Assembly: GCA_020720565.1 (NCBI GenBank)
Contig: DYOK01000001.1
Location: 7,334-71,333 of the forward strand
Length of the DNA stretch: 64,000 nucleotides
Reading direction: 5' to 3'
DNA from: Acetofilamentum sp.
Lineage (GTDB): Bacteria; Bacteroidota; Bacteroidia; Bacteroidales; JAFGXI01
A model generated the notes under the pieces. That model made no database searches. It was given only the letters and a program-made list of their open reading frames with translations, and was not told the DNA's origin. The translations under genes were made by a program, and so were the position numbers. Shown here piece by piece: positions 8,297 to 17,953 of this stretch. Numbering within the stretch: position 1 is the stretch's first letter; each line of letters starts with the position of its first letter.

Positions 8297-10780
8297 CTAT
8301 ATTTCTTTTGATAAGAATTTATTCATTTTATAAAACAAAATGTCTTTTTTGATGGGCTTTGTGATAAAATCATCACAGCCAGCCTCAATTGCACGTCTTT
8401 TTTCGTCGGACATGGCATAAGCCGTTTGGGCAATAATTGGTAATTTTGAATATCTCGATTTAATTTCTTCTGCGGCAGTGTATCCGTCCATTTCTGGCAT
8501 TTTTAAATCGAGTAGTATCAAATTCGGAATCTCTTTTTGCACGGCTTTTATCAACTCTTTTCCATTTTTTAACCATACCAAACGCACTTCGGTTTTTTTA
8601 AGATAGGCTTCGATCAGTAAATAATTCGATTGCTCATCTTCTGCAACATAGACCAATTGGTCTTTCCATTTGCATTCTAATTGTTGATGGGGTTTAATAA
8701 ATGATTTGGTATCGCCAATTTCTTTAACAATTAAACTTGGCAAACTAACAATAAATTCGGTGCCGACACTTCGATGCGAGTTAACCAGTATATCACCACC
8801 CAATAAATTACTTAGATGTTTGCTAATGGCTAAACCCAAACCAGCACCACGAAATGGGCGTGTCGAGCTTTCGTCGACTTGTCTAAAGCGGTCGAAAATA
8901 ATATCCTGTTTCTCTTTGGGGATTCCTATTCCAGAATCTTTAACGTGAAAAATTATTTTGTTATCGAGTAACTCGTACCAAACCTCAATCGAGCCATTGG
9001 GTGTGAATTTTATCGAATTGTTAATTAAGTTATTTAGAATTTGTTTCAATCGGCTCCTATCCGATTTAATATTGACAGGTAATTTGCTGTATGCAAATCG
9101 CATCTGAACGTTGGTTTGTTCGTTTAGGATGTTGTAATATTCTATTTCGAGCTCTTCGAATACTTCGTTTATATTAAATACCTCTTGCCTAATTTCCAGT
9201 TGGTTCGATTCAATTTTCGAAATATCGATAATATCATCGATTAGTTTAATTAAAACATCGCCCGAGTTTTGAATCAGTGAAGAATATTTTGTTCTTAGTT
9301 CTTGATCTAAATCTTCGTTGAGCACCAAATTTGAAAAACCGATTATCGCATTCATAGGTGTCCTAATTTCGTGCGACATATTCGATAAAAAAGCTGATTT
9401 TAGCCGATCGGATTCAATCGCATTTTCTTTGGCTTGTATCAACTCTTTTTCGTACGAGATTCGTTCCAAGATAATGGCGGCTTGAGCAATAAAAATTTCG
9501 ACAAACTCGTTTTCGACTAGAAAATTCTCGTTAGGTGTTAAGATTGCAATTCCACCTAATATTTTGTTTTCGACAATTAGTTTTCCTGTATAAATTTTTT
9601 TAACACCAAGAAACGTTTTTAACAAAACCATTTTAGCTTTAGAAATGGTTTTAAAAAAACTACTAGTCGTCAATAAATCTTCAATATCAACAAAAAAATG
9701 ATTGCTAGGTATTTGGTAATCAATTACATCAATCTCTAACTTACTGATATCAAATTTTAAAAACTCTGACAATTGAGCCATTTTTGAACCCTCAATATGA
9801 TTGATTTTTACCCTGTGTGTCTCTGGTATATAATCGCCAATAATGATAACAGATTTAGGATTAAAGGCATAAAGGGTTCTGGCAATATACTTATATAGTG
9901 AGTTTTTGTCTTTATATTGGTTGAGTTGAAATACCGACAACGCTAGTAATTCTTTCTGTTTTCGATTTTCTGTATCGATTTTATATCGTTTGATGGACTC
10001 TGTTTTGTCTTGAAAAATACATTGAAAGTAGCTATCGCCTTGCTTTATAAATTTTGTAACCGAGATAGAAACATTACGTTCTTCTGAGTTTCGAACAAAT
10101 AAAATTGTGTTAAAACTTTTATCGTTGTTATCGCTTGAAGCGTTAAGAAGATAAGTTTTAAAGGCAGGGCCATCTTCACCAATAAAATCAGAAATTCTCT
10201 TGGAAATAAGGTCTGATTGCTTCAAATTGAACAGCTCTTCAGCTTTTGTATTTCCTTGATGAATTACGCCTTCTTCAGTATGGAGAATTAAAGTTGTTAA
10301 AGGTGATAATTGGAAAAGGAGGCTATACCGCTCTTCAAGTTCGTGTTGTTTTGATACATCGAACAAAATTCCCCTTATGGCATAAGGAAGATCATTACGA
10401 TAAACAATACTGGTACTTGAAATGACAGGCACTCTATTGCCATCTTTCGACTTTGCCCAATAGGTTTGCCGTTCGTATGGTTCGTTTCGGAGTATTCGGT
10501 CAATATTAACTAAGATTTTTGGGTAATCTTCGGGGAAGATATCTTGTAGACTAAAGTCTTCGGTAAACTCTTTATATGAATAACCATATTTAGCCAAGCC
10601 ATTAGCATTGATATAATTAACTTTACCGTCTAAATTGAGTTCAAAAACTAATTCAGGTATTAAATCGAGCATTTCTTTGTGCCGAGAAATATCGACGAGA
10701 TTTAAAGCACTTTTTAATCGCGCATTCTCCGCCTCGTATAATGCTAACTTGTTTAATAAATCTTGGTTAGTTTGGCTCAT
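8297..10780 (-). CDS. Hybrid sensor histidine kinase/response regulator with PAS and GAF-like domains
   Basis: HisKA H-box [18 protein letters not shown]. HATPase boxes ([27 protein letters not shown]). C-terminal receiver (VAEDE...[12 protein letters not shown]...KP). Confidence 0.9.
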   Translation of the reverse strand: MSQTNQDLLNKLALYEAENARLKSALNLVDISRHKEMLDLIPELVFELNLDGKVNYINANGLAKYGYSYKEFTEDFSLQDIFPEDYPKILVNIDRILRNEPYERQTYWAKSKDGNRVPVISSTSIVYRNDLPYAIRGILFDVSKQHELEERYSLLFQLSPLTTLILHTEEGVIHQGNTKAEELFNLKQSDLISKRISDFIGEDGPAFKTYLLNASSDNNDKSFNTILFVRNSEERNVSISVTKFIKQGDSYFQCIFQDKTESIKRYKIDTENRKQKELLALSVFQLNQYKDKNSLYKYIARTLYAFNPKSVIIIGDYIPETHRVKINHIEGSKMAQLSEFLKFDISKLEIDVIDYQIPSNHFFVDIEDLLTTSSFFKTISKAKMVLLKTFLGVKKIYTGKLIVENKILGGIAILTPNENFLVENEFVEIFIAQAAIILERISYEKELIQAKENAIESDRLKSAFLSNMSHEIRTPMNAIIGFSNLVLNEDLDQELRTKYSSLIQNSGDVLIKLIDDIIDISKIESNQLEIRQEVFNINEVFEELEIEYYNILNEQTNVQMRFAYSKLPVNIKSDRSRLKQILNNLINNSIKFTPNGSIEVWYELLDNKIIFHVKDSGIGIPKEKQDIIFDRFRQVDESSTRPFRGAGLGLAISKHLSNLLGGDILVNSHRSVGTEFIVSLPSLIVKEIGDTKSFIKPHQQLECKWKDQLVYVAEDEQSNYLLIEAYLKKTEVRLVWLKNGKELIKAVQKEIPNLILLDLKMPEMDGYTAAEEIKSRYSKLPIIAQTAYAMSDEKRRAIEAGCDDFITKPIKKDILFYKMNKFLSKEI

Positions 10781-10788
10781 AATTTAAG

Positions 10789-11736
10789 CTATGAGAAAAG
10801 CGAATCTACAAACTCTTTTCGGTTAAATATTTGCAAATCTTCCATTTTTTCACCAATTCCGATATATTTTACTGGTATTTTAAATTGATCGGAAATCCCT
10901 ATTACCACGCCGCCTTTTGCAGTGCCATCGAGTTTAGTTAGTGCTAAAGCTGTAACTTCTGTGGCAAGTGTAAATTGCTTAGCTTGCTCGAATGCATTTT
11001 GACCAGTTGAACCATCTAAGACCAATAATACTTCTTGAGGGGCATCTGGAATCAATTTTTTCATCACATTTTTAATTTTGGTGAGCTCATTCATCAAATT
11101 GATTTTATTATGCAAACGCCCAGCAGTGTCAATTATCACCACATCGGCTTTATTGGCTATGGCCGATTTTAAAGTATCGTATGCAACCGAGGCGGGATCG
11201 GAACCCATATTTTGCTTCACAATAGGCACCCCTACCCGTTGCGACCAAATAACCAATTGGTCGACTGCAGCAGCCCTAAAAGTATCTGCAGCACCTAAAT
11301 AAACCGATTTTCCCGATGTTTTAAATTGGTGAGCTAATTTACCAATAGTAGTGGTCTTGCCTACTCCATTTACGCCTACCACCATAATCACGTAGGGATA
11401 ACCCTTACCGTCAAAATCGATATTATGATTATGCGAATGGTTTTCTTCAAGCAAATTCGAAATCTCTTCTCTAAGGATGGCGTTAAGTTCCGATGCATTT
11501 AAAAACTTATCTTTTGCAACTCGCTTTTCGATTCGTTCAATTATTTTTAGCGTGGTCGAAACACCGACATCAGAACTTATCAGAATTTCTTCTAAATTAT
11601 CGAGTAATTCGTCGTCAATTTTTGATTTACCAATAATTGCTCTAGATATCTTTCCAAATACCGATTCTTTTGTTTTGGCTAAACCTTGGTCTAAACTTTG
11701 TTTTTTTTCTTTTGAGAAGAAATCGAAAATGCCCAT
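10789..11736 (-). CDS. ftsY: Signal recognition particle receptor FtsY
   Basis: SRP GTPase motifs GVNGVGKTTTIGKLA, DTAGRL and TKLDGTAKGG. Length is typical of a short FtsY. Confidence 0.93.
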   Translation of the reverse strand: MGIFDFFSKEKKQSLDQGLAKTKESVFGKISRAIIGKSKIDDELLDNLEEILISSDVGVSTTLKIIERIEKRVAKDKFLNASELNAILREEISNLLEENHSHNHNIDFDGKGYPYVIMVVGVNGVGKTTTIGKLAHQFKTSGKSVYLGAADTFRAAAVDQLVIWSQRVGVPIVKQNMGSDPASVAYDTLKSAIANKADVVIIDTAGRLHNKINLMNELTKIKNVMKKLIPDAPQEVLLVLDGSTGQNAFEQAKQFTLATEVTALALTKLDGTAKGGVVIGISDQFKIPVKYIGIGEKMEDLQIFNRKEFVDSLFS

Positions 11737-11862
11737 GAGATTATTTTTTTTGAAAAAGTAGTTAGCGTCGGAGTTAATCTATTATATTTAAATACTTGTA
11801 TATTAAGATATTGATAATAAATAAATAAAAAATTAACTTTGGATTTAAAACCTAGCTAAAAT

Positions 11863-11895
11863 AAAAAACTCTCTTTAATAAAAGAGAGTTTTTTA
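11863..11895 (-). terminator. Rho-independent-type hairpin after the rpmB-rpmG-DUF4295 operon
   Basis: AACTCTCTTT-aata-AAAGAGAGTT is a perfect 10-bp stem, flanked by an A-run on the plus strand (a T-run on the minus strand) and a T-run on the plus strand. Confidence 0.6.
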
Positions 11896-11914
11896 CTAAT
11901 AAGATATAAAAACA

Positions 11915-12067
11915 TTATTTACTAATGTGATCTTTAACTTTGTCGTTGTGAATCATTTCTTCTTTAAAAGAATAAGCACCACTTTTAGGTGACTTAATCA
12001 TTTTAATAACTTTGGTAAACTCTCTACCACTACCTGTCTGTAAGGACGCAACTGCTTTCTTTGCCAT
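11915..12067 (-). CDS. DUF4295 family small protein (not in ORF track, 50 aa)
   Basis: Hand translation gives MAKKAVASLQTGSGREFTKVIKMIKSPKSGAYSFKEEMIHNDKVKDHISK. It starts 7 nt after the rpmG stop. This small basic protein is the usual third gene of the Bacteroidota rpmB-rpmG operon. Confidence 0.75.
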   Translation of the reverse strand: MAKKAVASLQTGSGREFTKVIKMIKSPKSGAYSFKEEMIHNDKVKDHISK

Positions 12068-12073
12068 GACGTA

Positions 12074-12256
12074 TTATTTAATTTCTCTGTGAATGGTTAC
12101 TCTTTTGAGAATAGGATTGTATTTCTTAATCTCAAGACGTTCCGGAGTGTTCTTTTTATTTTTTTTAGTAATATATCGAGATGTTCCGGGCATTCCGCTC
12201 TCTTTGTGTTCAGTACATTCTAATATAACTTGTACTCTACTTCCTTTTTTTGCCAT
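12074..12256 (-). CDS. rpmG: 50S ribosomal protein L33
   Basis: The 60-aa sequence [21 protein letters not shown]...[21 protein letters not shown] is L33. Confidence 0.95.
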   Translation of the reverse strand: MAKKGSRVQVILECTEHKESGMPGTSRYITKKNKKNTPERLEIKKYNPILKRVTIHREIK

Positions 12257-12276
12257 TTTAACTCAAGTTTAATCGA

Positions 12277-12519
12277 TTAATAACCTGCAATGTAGCCTTT
12301 AGCTTGAGCATCTTTGAGTGCAGCCAGCAAGCCTTTTTTATTGATGGTTCGAATACCAGATGCCGAAACCTTTAATTGAATCCAACGATCTTCTTCTGGA
12401 ATGTAGAATTTCTTTTTGAATAAATTTGGTTCGAAAACTCTCTTGGTTTTCTTATTTGAGTGAGAAACGTTGTTCCCAACCATTACTGCTTTTCCTGTGA
12501 TTTGACAAACTTTTGACAT
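12277..12519 (-). CDS. rpmB: 50S ribosomal protein L28
   Basis: [29 protein letters not shown] is the L28 signature. Confidence 0.95.
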   Translation of the reverse strand: MSKVCQITGKAVMVGNNVSHSNKKTKRVFEPNLFKKKFYIPEEDRWIQLKVSASGIRTINKKGLLAALKDAQAKGYIAGY

Positions 12520-12558
12520 TGTTCGAATGCTTTTCTGTTACCTTTTAAAAACGAAGTG

Positions 12559-12589
12559 CAAAGATAACATAATTTTACTTTTTACCAAA
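12559..12589 (-). promoter_or_regulatory. Bacteroidota-type promoter upstream of rpmB
   Basis: The minus strand reads TTTG (12589..12586), N19, then TATCTTTG (12566..12559). This matches the TTTG / TAnnTTTG consensus described for Bacteroides sigma-A promoters. It lies ~40 nt upstream of the ATG. Confidence 0.5.
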
Positions 12590-12598
12590 GACTTTTGT

Positions 12599-13837
12599 TT
12601 ATATTTTATTTATTATCAACAATCGCAACATATTTAGTGCCATTAAACTGGCTCTTGTGATGTTTCTACCTCGGTGTTCGCCAAATGTAAATTGTTGACT
12701 AATAGTATTTTTACCATCAGAAACAGCAATCCAAGTGGTGCCAACTGGTTTTTCTTGTGTACCTCCACTAGGGCCAGCAATGCCCGAAACTGATATCGCA
12801 TAATCTGTTTTTAATAATTCAATAGCACCCATTGCCATTTCTTCTACAACTTGTTGGCTTACAGCACCATATTTTGTAATATTTGAATCATTCACGTGTA
12901 AGATGTCGCTTTTAATCTGATTGTGGTAAGCCACCACACTTCCCTTAAAATAAGCCGAACTTCCCGCAACTGATGTGATTAAAGCAGCAATTTGACCTCC
13001 AGTACAACTTTCGGCTGTTGACAAGGTGCATTTTTTTTCCAATAATAATCGCCCAACAACTTGTTCTAATGTCTCCTCGTCGAACCCAAAAATTTCTTTA
13101 GTAAGAATTTGCTGTAATTTTTCAAGCTCTTTTTGAATGGATTCTTCAATTTCTGTCCTGTTGGCTCCTTCGGCTGTTAACCTGAGTCGTACAATGCCTG
13201 GTTTTGGCAAATAAGCCAATTTAAGATGATTGGGTAGATTGTTCTCCCAATCTGCAATTTTTACTGCTAACATCGACTCTGGTAAGCCTGTGGTTAAAAC
13301 GGTTTTCGAAACCACCACGTGCCCCCCATTCTGATTTAATAGTTCTGGTAAAACATGCTCTTCTACAATGCCTTTCATTTCGAAAGGTACACCTGGTAAC
13401 GAAATCACTTGTCGATCGTTTGAATTAAACCACATCCCAGCTGCAGTACCGGTTCTGTTAAAAAGCACTTTGGCATCTTTTGGCAACATGGCTTGCGAAC
13501 GATTTAATGCATTCAATTCAATTCCTCTGCCTACCAAAAGTTGTCCGATGTGCTTAAAAACCGCTTCGTTAAAAACCAATTCGCTATCGAAATATCGACT
13601 CAAAGTCTGTTTGGTAATGTCGTCGTTTGTAGGACCTAAACCTCCAGTTATAATGATTATTTCAGCTTTAGAACTATCTAATGCATCAATAATATCGCTG
13701 GCTTCATCTGAAATCGATTTAATTTGATTCACACGAATTCCAATATCATGAAGCGATTTGGCTAGCCACGCAGAATTTGTATCAACAATTTGTCCAATTA
13801 ATATTTCGTCACCTATGGTTATTAAATCTGCTTTCAT
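12599..13837 (-). CDS. cinA: CinA-family competence/damage-inducible protein (MoCF-like domain plus NMN deamidase domain)
   Basis: N-terminal MKADLITIGDEILIGQIVDTNS...ITGGLGPTNDDITK. C-terminal CinA domain (TAESCTGG, SGIAGPSGG). Confidence 0.9.
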   Translation of the reverse strand: MKADLITIGDEILIGQIVDTNSAWLAKSLHDIGIRVNQIKSISDEASDIIDALDSSKAEIIIITGGLGPTNDDITKQTLSRYFDSELVFNEAVFKHIGQLLVGRGIELNALNRSQAMLPKDAKVLFNRTGTAAGMWFNSNDRQVISLPGVPFEMKGIVEEHVLPELLNQNGGHVVVSKTVLTTGLPESMLAVKIADWENNLPNHLKLAYLPKPGIVRLRLTAEGANRTEIEESIQKELEKLQQILTKEIFGFDEETLEQVVGRLLLEKKCTLSTAESCTGGQIAALITSVAGSSAYFKGSVVAYHNQIKSDILHVNDSNITKYGAVSQQVVEEMAMGAIELLKTDYAISVSGIAGPSGGTQEKPVGTTWIAVSDGKNTISQQFTFGEHRGRNITRASLMALNMLRLLIINKI

Positions 13838-13840
13838 GTT

Positions 13841-15031
13841 TTATTCTCCCATTATCTCGGTAATCTTGGCTAACATCTGATCGATGCTCGCATCTGGCTT
13901 TAATTCTTTTGCTTTTGTTAAATTGGGTTTGGCCAAATTAAAATATTGTGTCATTAAATTCATGTCAGCTTGGTCGCCCCTTTTATACTGATAAACAGCT
14001 CTGTTATAATAAAGTACACCAAGATTATAGTAAATTGAATGGAGTGTGTTTTTGTCGCTTGGTTTTTGGTCGAGTGCCAAATTATAATAATTAGTTGCTT
14101 TGGAATAATATAGCTCGGCAGTACCTTGGTAGCCATTTTTTTCGAATTGTTTACCAAATTTGGTGTAGTTTCTGGCTAAAATAAATAAAATCTTAAGATT
14201 CGTTTTATTATGCTCAACCACTTTTTCCATCTGCTGAATCATATCATCGGTTTTTTCGGCATCTCGATAAATGGCAATAGCCTCGATTACAATAGCTTCG
14301 TTTTGAGGATAAAGCACCAAAGCTCTCTCAATCACTTTAATGGCTTCGGTATAATTTTTTTGTTTAGACAATATTTTAGCACTGTATAAAAAAGCTAAAT
14401 CTTTACTTTTTGTGAGTGCTGTGGGAATATCGGAATTAAAATCCATTATTTTTTGATAATAACTTAACGCCATTTCTGTCTTTCCAGTACATTCTGCCGA
14501 ATAACCCGAAAAGAAATACACATCGTTTGGATTCGAACCACTGTATTGAATAATTTGAGTAACATATTTGTCCTCGTTTTTTAAAGCTAATAAAACTTCG
14601 AAGTAACCATTAAAATATTGTTGAGCCAATTCAAATTGCTTTATAACACTGTCTTTAACAGCTGCGTTGTACGATTTTATGCCTTTGTTGTAAAAAACAG
14701 GTCCCAAATCTAACAATACATTTATTTGGTCGGAGTACATTTTTCGATCGGCGTCGATTCGAATCGATTCCTTAATGTAGGTTAAAGCTTTTTCTTCGGG
14801 ATACTGTTCCAAGTGCCCGTAGACTTCCGATTTTGCCATTTTCGTGTACACATACGAAGCTAAATACCACGTTCGAGGATCGTTTTGTTTTTGTGGATCT
14901 TTAATATTTGAATCTACTTGACGCTTTGCATCTTCGAGTTTGCCTTTCAGCAATTCAGTTTCGTTTTGTGCCAATAAGGTGTTTCCGAAATAGCCTAAAG
15001 CGATTGCAAAAAATAAAAATGTGGTTTTCAT
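13841..15031 (-). CDS. Secreted TPR-repeat protein
   Basis: Signal peptide (MKTTFLFFAIALGYFGNTLLAQ) followed by repeated TPR-like A/Y/L patterns. Confidence 0.7.
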   Translation of the reverse strand: MKTTFLFFAIALGYFGNTLLAQNETELLKGKLEDAKRQVDSNIKDPQKQNDPRTWYLASYVYTKMAKSEVYGHLEQYPEEKALTYIKESIRIDADRKMYSDQINVLLDLGPVFYNKGIKSYNAAVKDSVIKQFELAQQYFNGYFEVLLALKNEDKYVTQIIQYSGSNPNDVYFFSGYSAECTGKTEMALSYYQKIMDFNSDIPTALTKSKDLAFLYSAKILSKQKNYTEAIKVIERALVLYPQNEAIVIEAIAIYRDAEKTDDMIQQMEKVVEHNKTNLKILFILARNYTKFGKQFEKNGYQGTAELYYSKATNYYNLALDQKPSDKNTLHSIYYNLGVLYYNRAVYQYKRGDQADMNLMTQYFNLAKPNLTKAKELKPDASIDQMLAKITEIMGE

Positions 15032-15050
15032 ATCTGGTCTTTTTTGGTAT

Positions 15051-15117
15051 TAAGGTCATCGACCTATTATTTATTTTTCAACTACTAGATTTTTATAACA
15101 TTACGATAAATAAATGC
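15051..15117 (+). repeat. Dispersed repeat, shorter copy
   Basis: TAAGGTCATCGACCTATTATTTATTTTTCAACTACTAGATTTTTATAACATTACGATAAATAAA. It lies 20 nt upstream of a minus-strand gene start. Confidence 0.65.
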
Positions 15118-15296
15118 GACCTTGTAATTTTTGAATTACTAACTTCATATAAAATTTCAATTTACTTTTCGTTTATGCAAACATAACGAAAAATACTGTA
15201 TTTCAAATCAATGTCAAAGTGTTACGCTACAAATATTTTAATGCTATTTGAAAAAAATTCAAATTTATCTATATTTTGATAAAACAGACTAATAAA

Positions 15297-16364
15297 CTAC
15301 TTTTCTAAAGATTTTTTACAATTGATCCACATTTTTTGGATTTGTACATCATCGGGATAGATTTCGACTAATGAATTCAATAATGGATATGCTTTTGAAA
15401 ATAATTCTTTTGCTTGCTTTTTATTTTGGCGTTTATGTTTTTTTTGATCCAATATATTTAAAGCCGAATTGTAATATAATATGGCTAAATTAAACTGGGC
15501 ATCGGTATTGTTAGGATCCGACTCCAATGCCAGTTGGTAATAATATTCCGATTTCTGATAGTTTTTTTGATCGAATGCGATTGCCCCTTTCCATGCCTGA
15601 ACAAACGATTTATGTGTACCTGTGGAATCAATTGTCGATAATTCGATTAATGCACTGTCCATTTGATGGTGCTCAAAATAGTAGCTAACCAATTGGTTGG
15701 TAAACTGAATACGTTCTTCTGGTATTTTATCCTCATAATATTTTGATAAGGATTTAATTTCCTTAAGTTTATCCATTTTTCGCCAGACTTCGATTAGGTT
15801 TATTGCGATTGGAATATCAAATGGATCGAATTTTAATAGTGTCAAATAATATGCTTCTGCTTTAGGATAATCTTGGCTGTGTTGAGCCGCTATTGCTGCA
15901 TGATAAAGGGTTAAAGTATCAATTTTGTTTAATTTTTGAACTGAAATAAGCAAACTTTCTTCGAACAAACCTAATGCATGCTGTGCTTGTCCCGCATTAA
16001 AAAACTCAACTGCAGTAAAAAAATATTGCTGCGAAACATCTTGATATTGCTCTGGTAATAAATTAGATAAAAGTTTTAAAGAGTCATATTGTTCGGCTTT
16101 TTTGTAGTCGTTTAAAGCTTTTTTTATGGCAATCTCTTTTTGCTCAAATGGTGTGCTCACTTCTAGCCTACTTTGTTCTATCAAACCTTTGTAAAACCAG
16201 AGTTTGGCTTGTGTCGAATCTTCGGCTAAGCTCACATTTATAAGCGAATCGGCTATTTGAATGTTTTCGTTGTATAAATAGGATTCTATTATCGAATCAT
16301 TTGTTTGAGAATAAATCAAATTTTGATTTATTAGCCCTATAAAAATTAGTAAGATTGAACGCAT
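15297..16364 (-). CDS. Secreted TPR-repeat protein
   Basis: Signal peptide followed by TPR-like helical repeats (e.g. AQFNLAILYYNSA). Confidence 0.7.
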   Translation of the reverse strand: MRSILLIFIGLINQNLIYSQTNDSIIESYLYNENIQIADSLINVSLAEDSTQAKLWFYKGLIEQSRLEVSTPFEQKEIAIKKALNDYKKAEQYDSLKLLSNLLPEQYQDVSQQYFFTAVEFFNAGQAQHALGLFEESLLISVQKLNKIDTLTLYHAAIAAQHSQDYPKAEAYYLTLLKFDPFDIPIAINLIEVWRKMDKLKEIKSLSKYYEDKIPEERIQFTNQLVSYYFEHHQMDSALIELSTIDSTGTHKSFVQAWKGAIAFDQKNYQKSEYYYQLALESDPNNTDAQFNLAILYYNSALNILDQKKHKRQNKKQAKELFSKAYPLLNSLVEIYPDDVQIQKMWINCKKSLEK

Positions 16365-16426
16365 ATGATGATGAGCTAGTTATTGACTTAACGGGACTTC
16401 TGAAAATTGGTTGAAAGCCTTAGTTT

Positions 16427-16456
16427 TAAAAAAGGGAAGCATTTGCTCCCCTTTTT
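16427..16456 (-). terminator. Hairpin downstream of the TPR gene 16576..17844
   Basis: GGGAAGC-attt-GCTCCCC has one mismatch and is flanked by A- and T-runs, so it could act in both directions. Confidence 0.5.
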
Positions 16457-16493
16457 GATTTTTTATACGGTGTTTAGTTCAATTAATTATGTA

Positions 16494-16578
16494 CTTTAAA
16501 TAATAAAGTCGTTTCTTTATTTAGCTAAACGTCTGGTAAAATGCCAATTATAACACAAACAAATTGGTCGAAACCTTA
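16494..16578 (-). repeat. Dispersed repeat, diverged copy (reverse)
   Basis: The reverse complement reads TAAGGTTTCGACCAATTTGTTTG...TTTAGCTAAATAAAGAAACGACTTTATTATTT. The head TAA is the stop of the TPR gene at 16576. Confidence 0.6.
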
Positions 16579-17844
16579 TTTACCATCAATTTTAGCTTTC
16601 ATGGCATCAGACTTTTCTATTTCGCCAATTCTGTAGTAAATAATTTTTAACGATTGCATCGTATTCATATCTTTTGGGTCAATTTCGTGTGCTTTTTCGA
16701 GATATGGCAATGCTTTTTTGAAAATATCGTCTGCTTGAGTCTTGATTTTTTTATACTTCTGTACATCATCAGGATCTACAGCATTGGCTTCGTCGTTTTT
16801 TGCAGCAGCTTGATTGTAATAGATAACACCAATTGCATAATAAGAATTGAAATGCTTTGGATCAATTTCGATGGCTTTTTTGTAATTTTCTTCGGCTAAA
16901 GTTAAATTTTTTAGTAAAGAATCGCTATCATAAATGGTTCCTTTTACATAATATAATTCGGGATTTGTCGGCATTAACTCAATCCCTTTATCTAAATATG
17001 CAAGGGCTTCTTTTTGTTGTTTTTTAGCCAAATAATGGTTGATAAGTTCAATCATCAAAGGCGAGCTGTTATTGGGGTATTTTTGAATACCGGCTTCTAA
17101 ACTTTTAATGTATTTTGCAGTGTCACCTTTCGACGCATATTGTTTGGCAAGAAAGTAAAAATTTCTGGCTTTTTCAGTATCATCGGCACCAAAACCAAGT
17201 TCCGACAATGTTTTGTAGTATTCAATCGCTTTGTCAGTTTTTCCAGCGTTCGAAGCGGCTAAGGCACAGAAATAAACCACTTGCGTATCGGCATTTCCAA
17301 TCATTTGAGCCGAAAACATCGATTTTTCGAACAAATCTAATGCAGCGTTATAGTCTTTTTCATCTTGATATTTAATCAATCCTTTATTAACCAAAGCAAC
17401 TGATAGTGCCGAATTGCCATTGATAAAGTCGATAATAATGGCTTGATCGACGTAATCCGTATTTTGATCCATTAAAGCTTTCGAAAATTTAATCATATCC
17501 AAATAATTATTATCGATATCTAAGGTTTGTAAAGCTGGATCTTTAAAGTTAAAAAGAATCGCTTTTTTGTAACCATCGTATGATTTTCCGATAGCATTTG
17601 GATCTAATTTTTTAAATTCTGGCTTTTCCGAAACTGCTAAAGCGTAGTAAATTTGGCCATAATACAACCATGCTCTAGCGTCTTTTTCTGTTTTAGGATT
17701 CACCACACAAGCGTCGATATTTTCTTTTGCTAAGTCAAAATCGCCATCTTTGTAATAATTATTAGCAGAAACTCTTTTGCTCGTTTGGGCATAACTAATT
17801 TGAGCTACAGCCAATAATAGGATTAAAATTTTTGTTGTTTTCAT
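16576..17844 (-). CDS. Secreted TPR-repeat protein
   Basis: Signal peptide. Multiple TPR units (AEENYKKAIEIDPKHFNSYYAIGVIYY, LEKAHEIDPKD). The stop TAA lies in a repeat head. Confidence 0.75.
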   Translation of the reverse strand: MKTTKILILLLAVAQISYAQTSKRVSANNYYKDGDFDLAKENIDACVVNPKTEKDARAWLYYGQIYYALAVSEKPEFKKLDPNAIGKSYDGYKKAILFNFKDPALQTLDIDNNYLDMIKFSKALMDQNTDYVDQAIIIDFINGNSALSVALVNKGLIKYQDEKDYNAALDLFEKSMFSAQMIGNADTQVVYFCALAASNAGKTDKAIEYYKTLSELGFGADDTEKARNFYFLAKQYASKGDTAKYIKSLEAGIQKYPNNSSPLMIELINHYLAKKQQKEALAYLDKGIELMPTNPELYYVKGTIYDSDSLLKNLTLAEENYKKAIEIDPKHFNSYYAIGVIYYNQAAAKNDEANAVDPDDVQKYKKIKTQADDIFKKALPYLEKAHEIDPKDMNTMQSLKIIYYRIGEIEKSDAMKAKIDGK

Positions 17845-17953
17845 TATGATAAAATTAATAAAACTTTTTGTGCTATTTTTTTAATAAGGACGTATCAAAA
17901 ATATATCATTATTAAATTCAAAAAAATGACTTTATTCAAACTTAGTGCCATTA

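Noticed and set aside
16385-16402. Shared 18-mer GGGA(G/C)TTCTGAAAATTG at 3841 and 16385 as a second repeat family
   Set aside because: There are only two copies and the match is short. In a 64-kb AT-rich window, a single 17-of-18 match is within what chance could give. It is mentioned only under the rhuM-flank finding.
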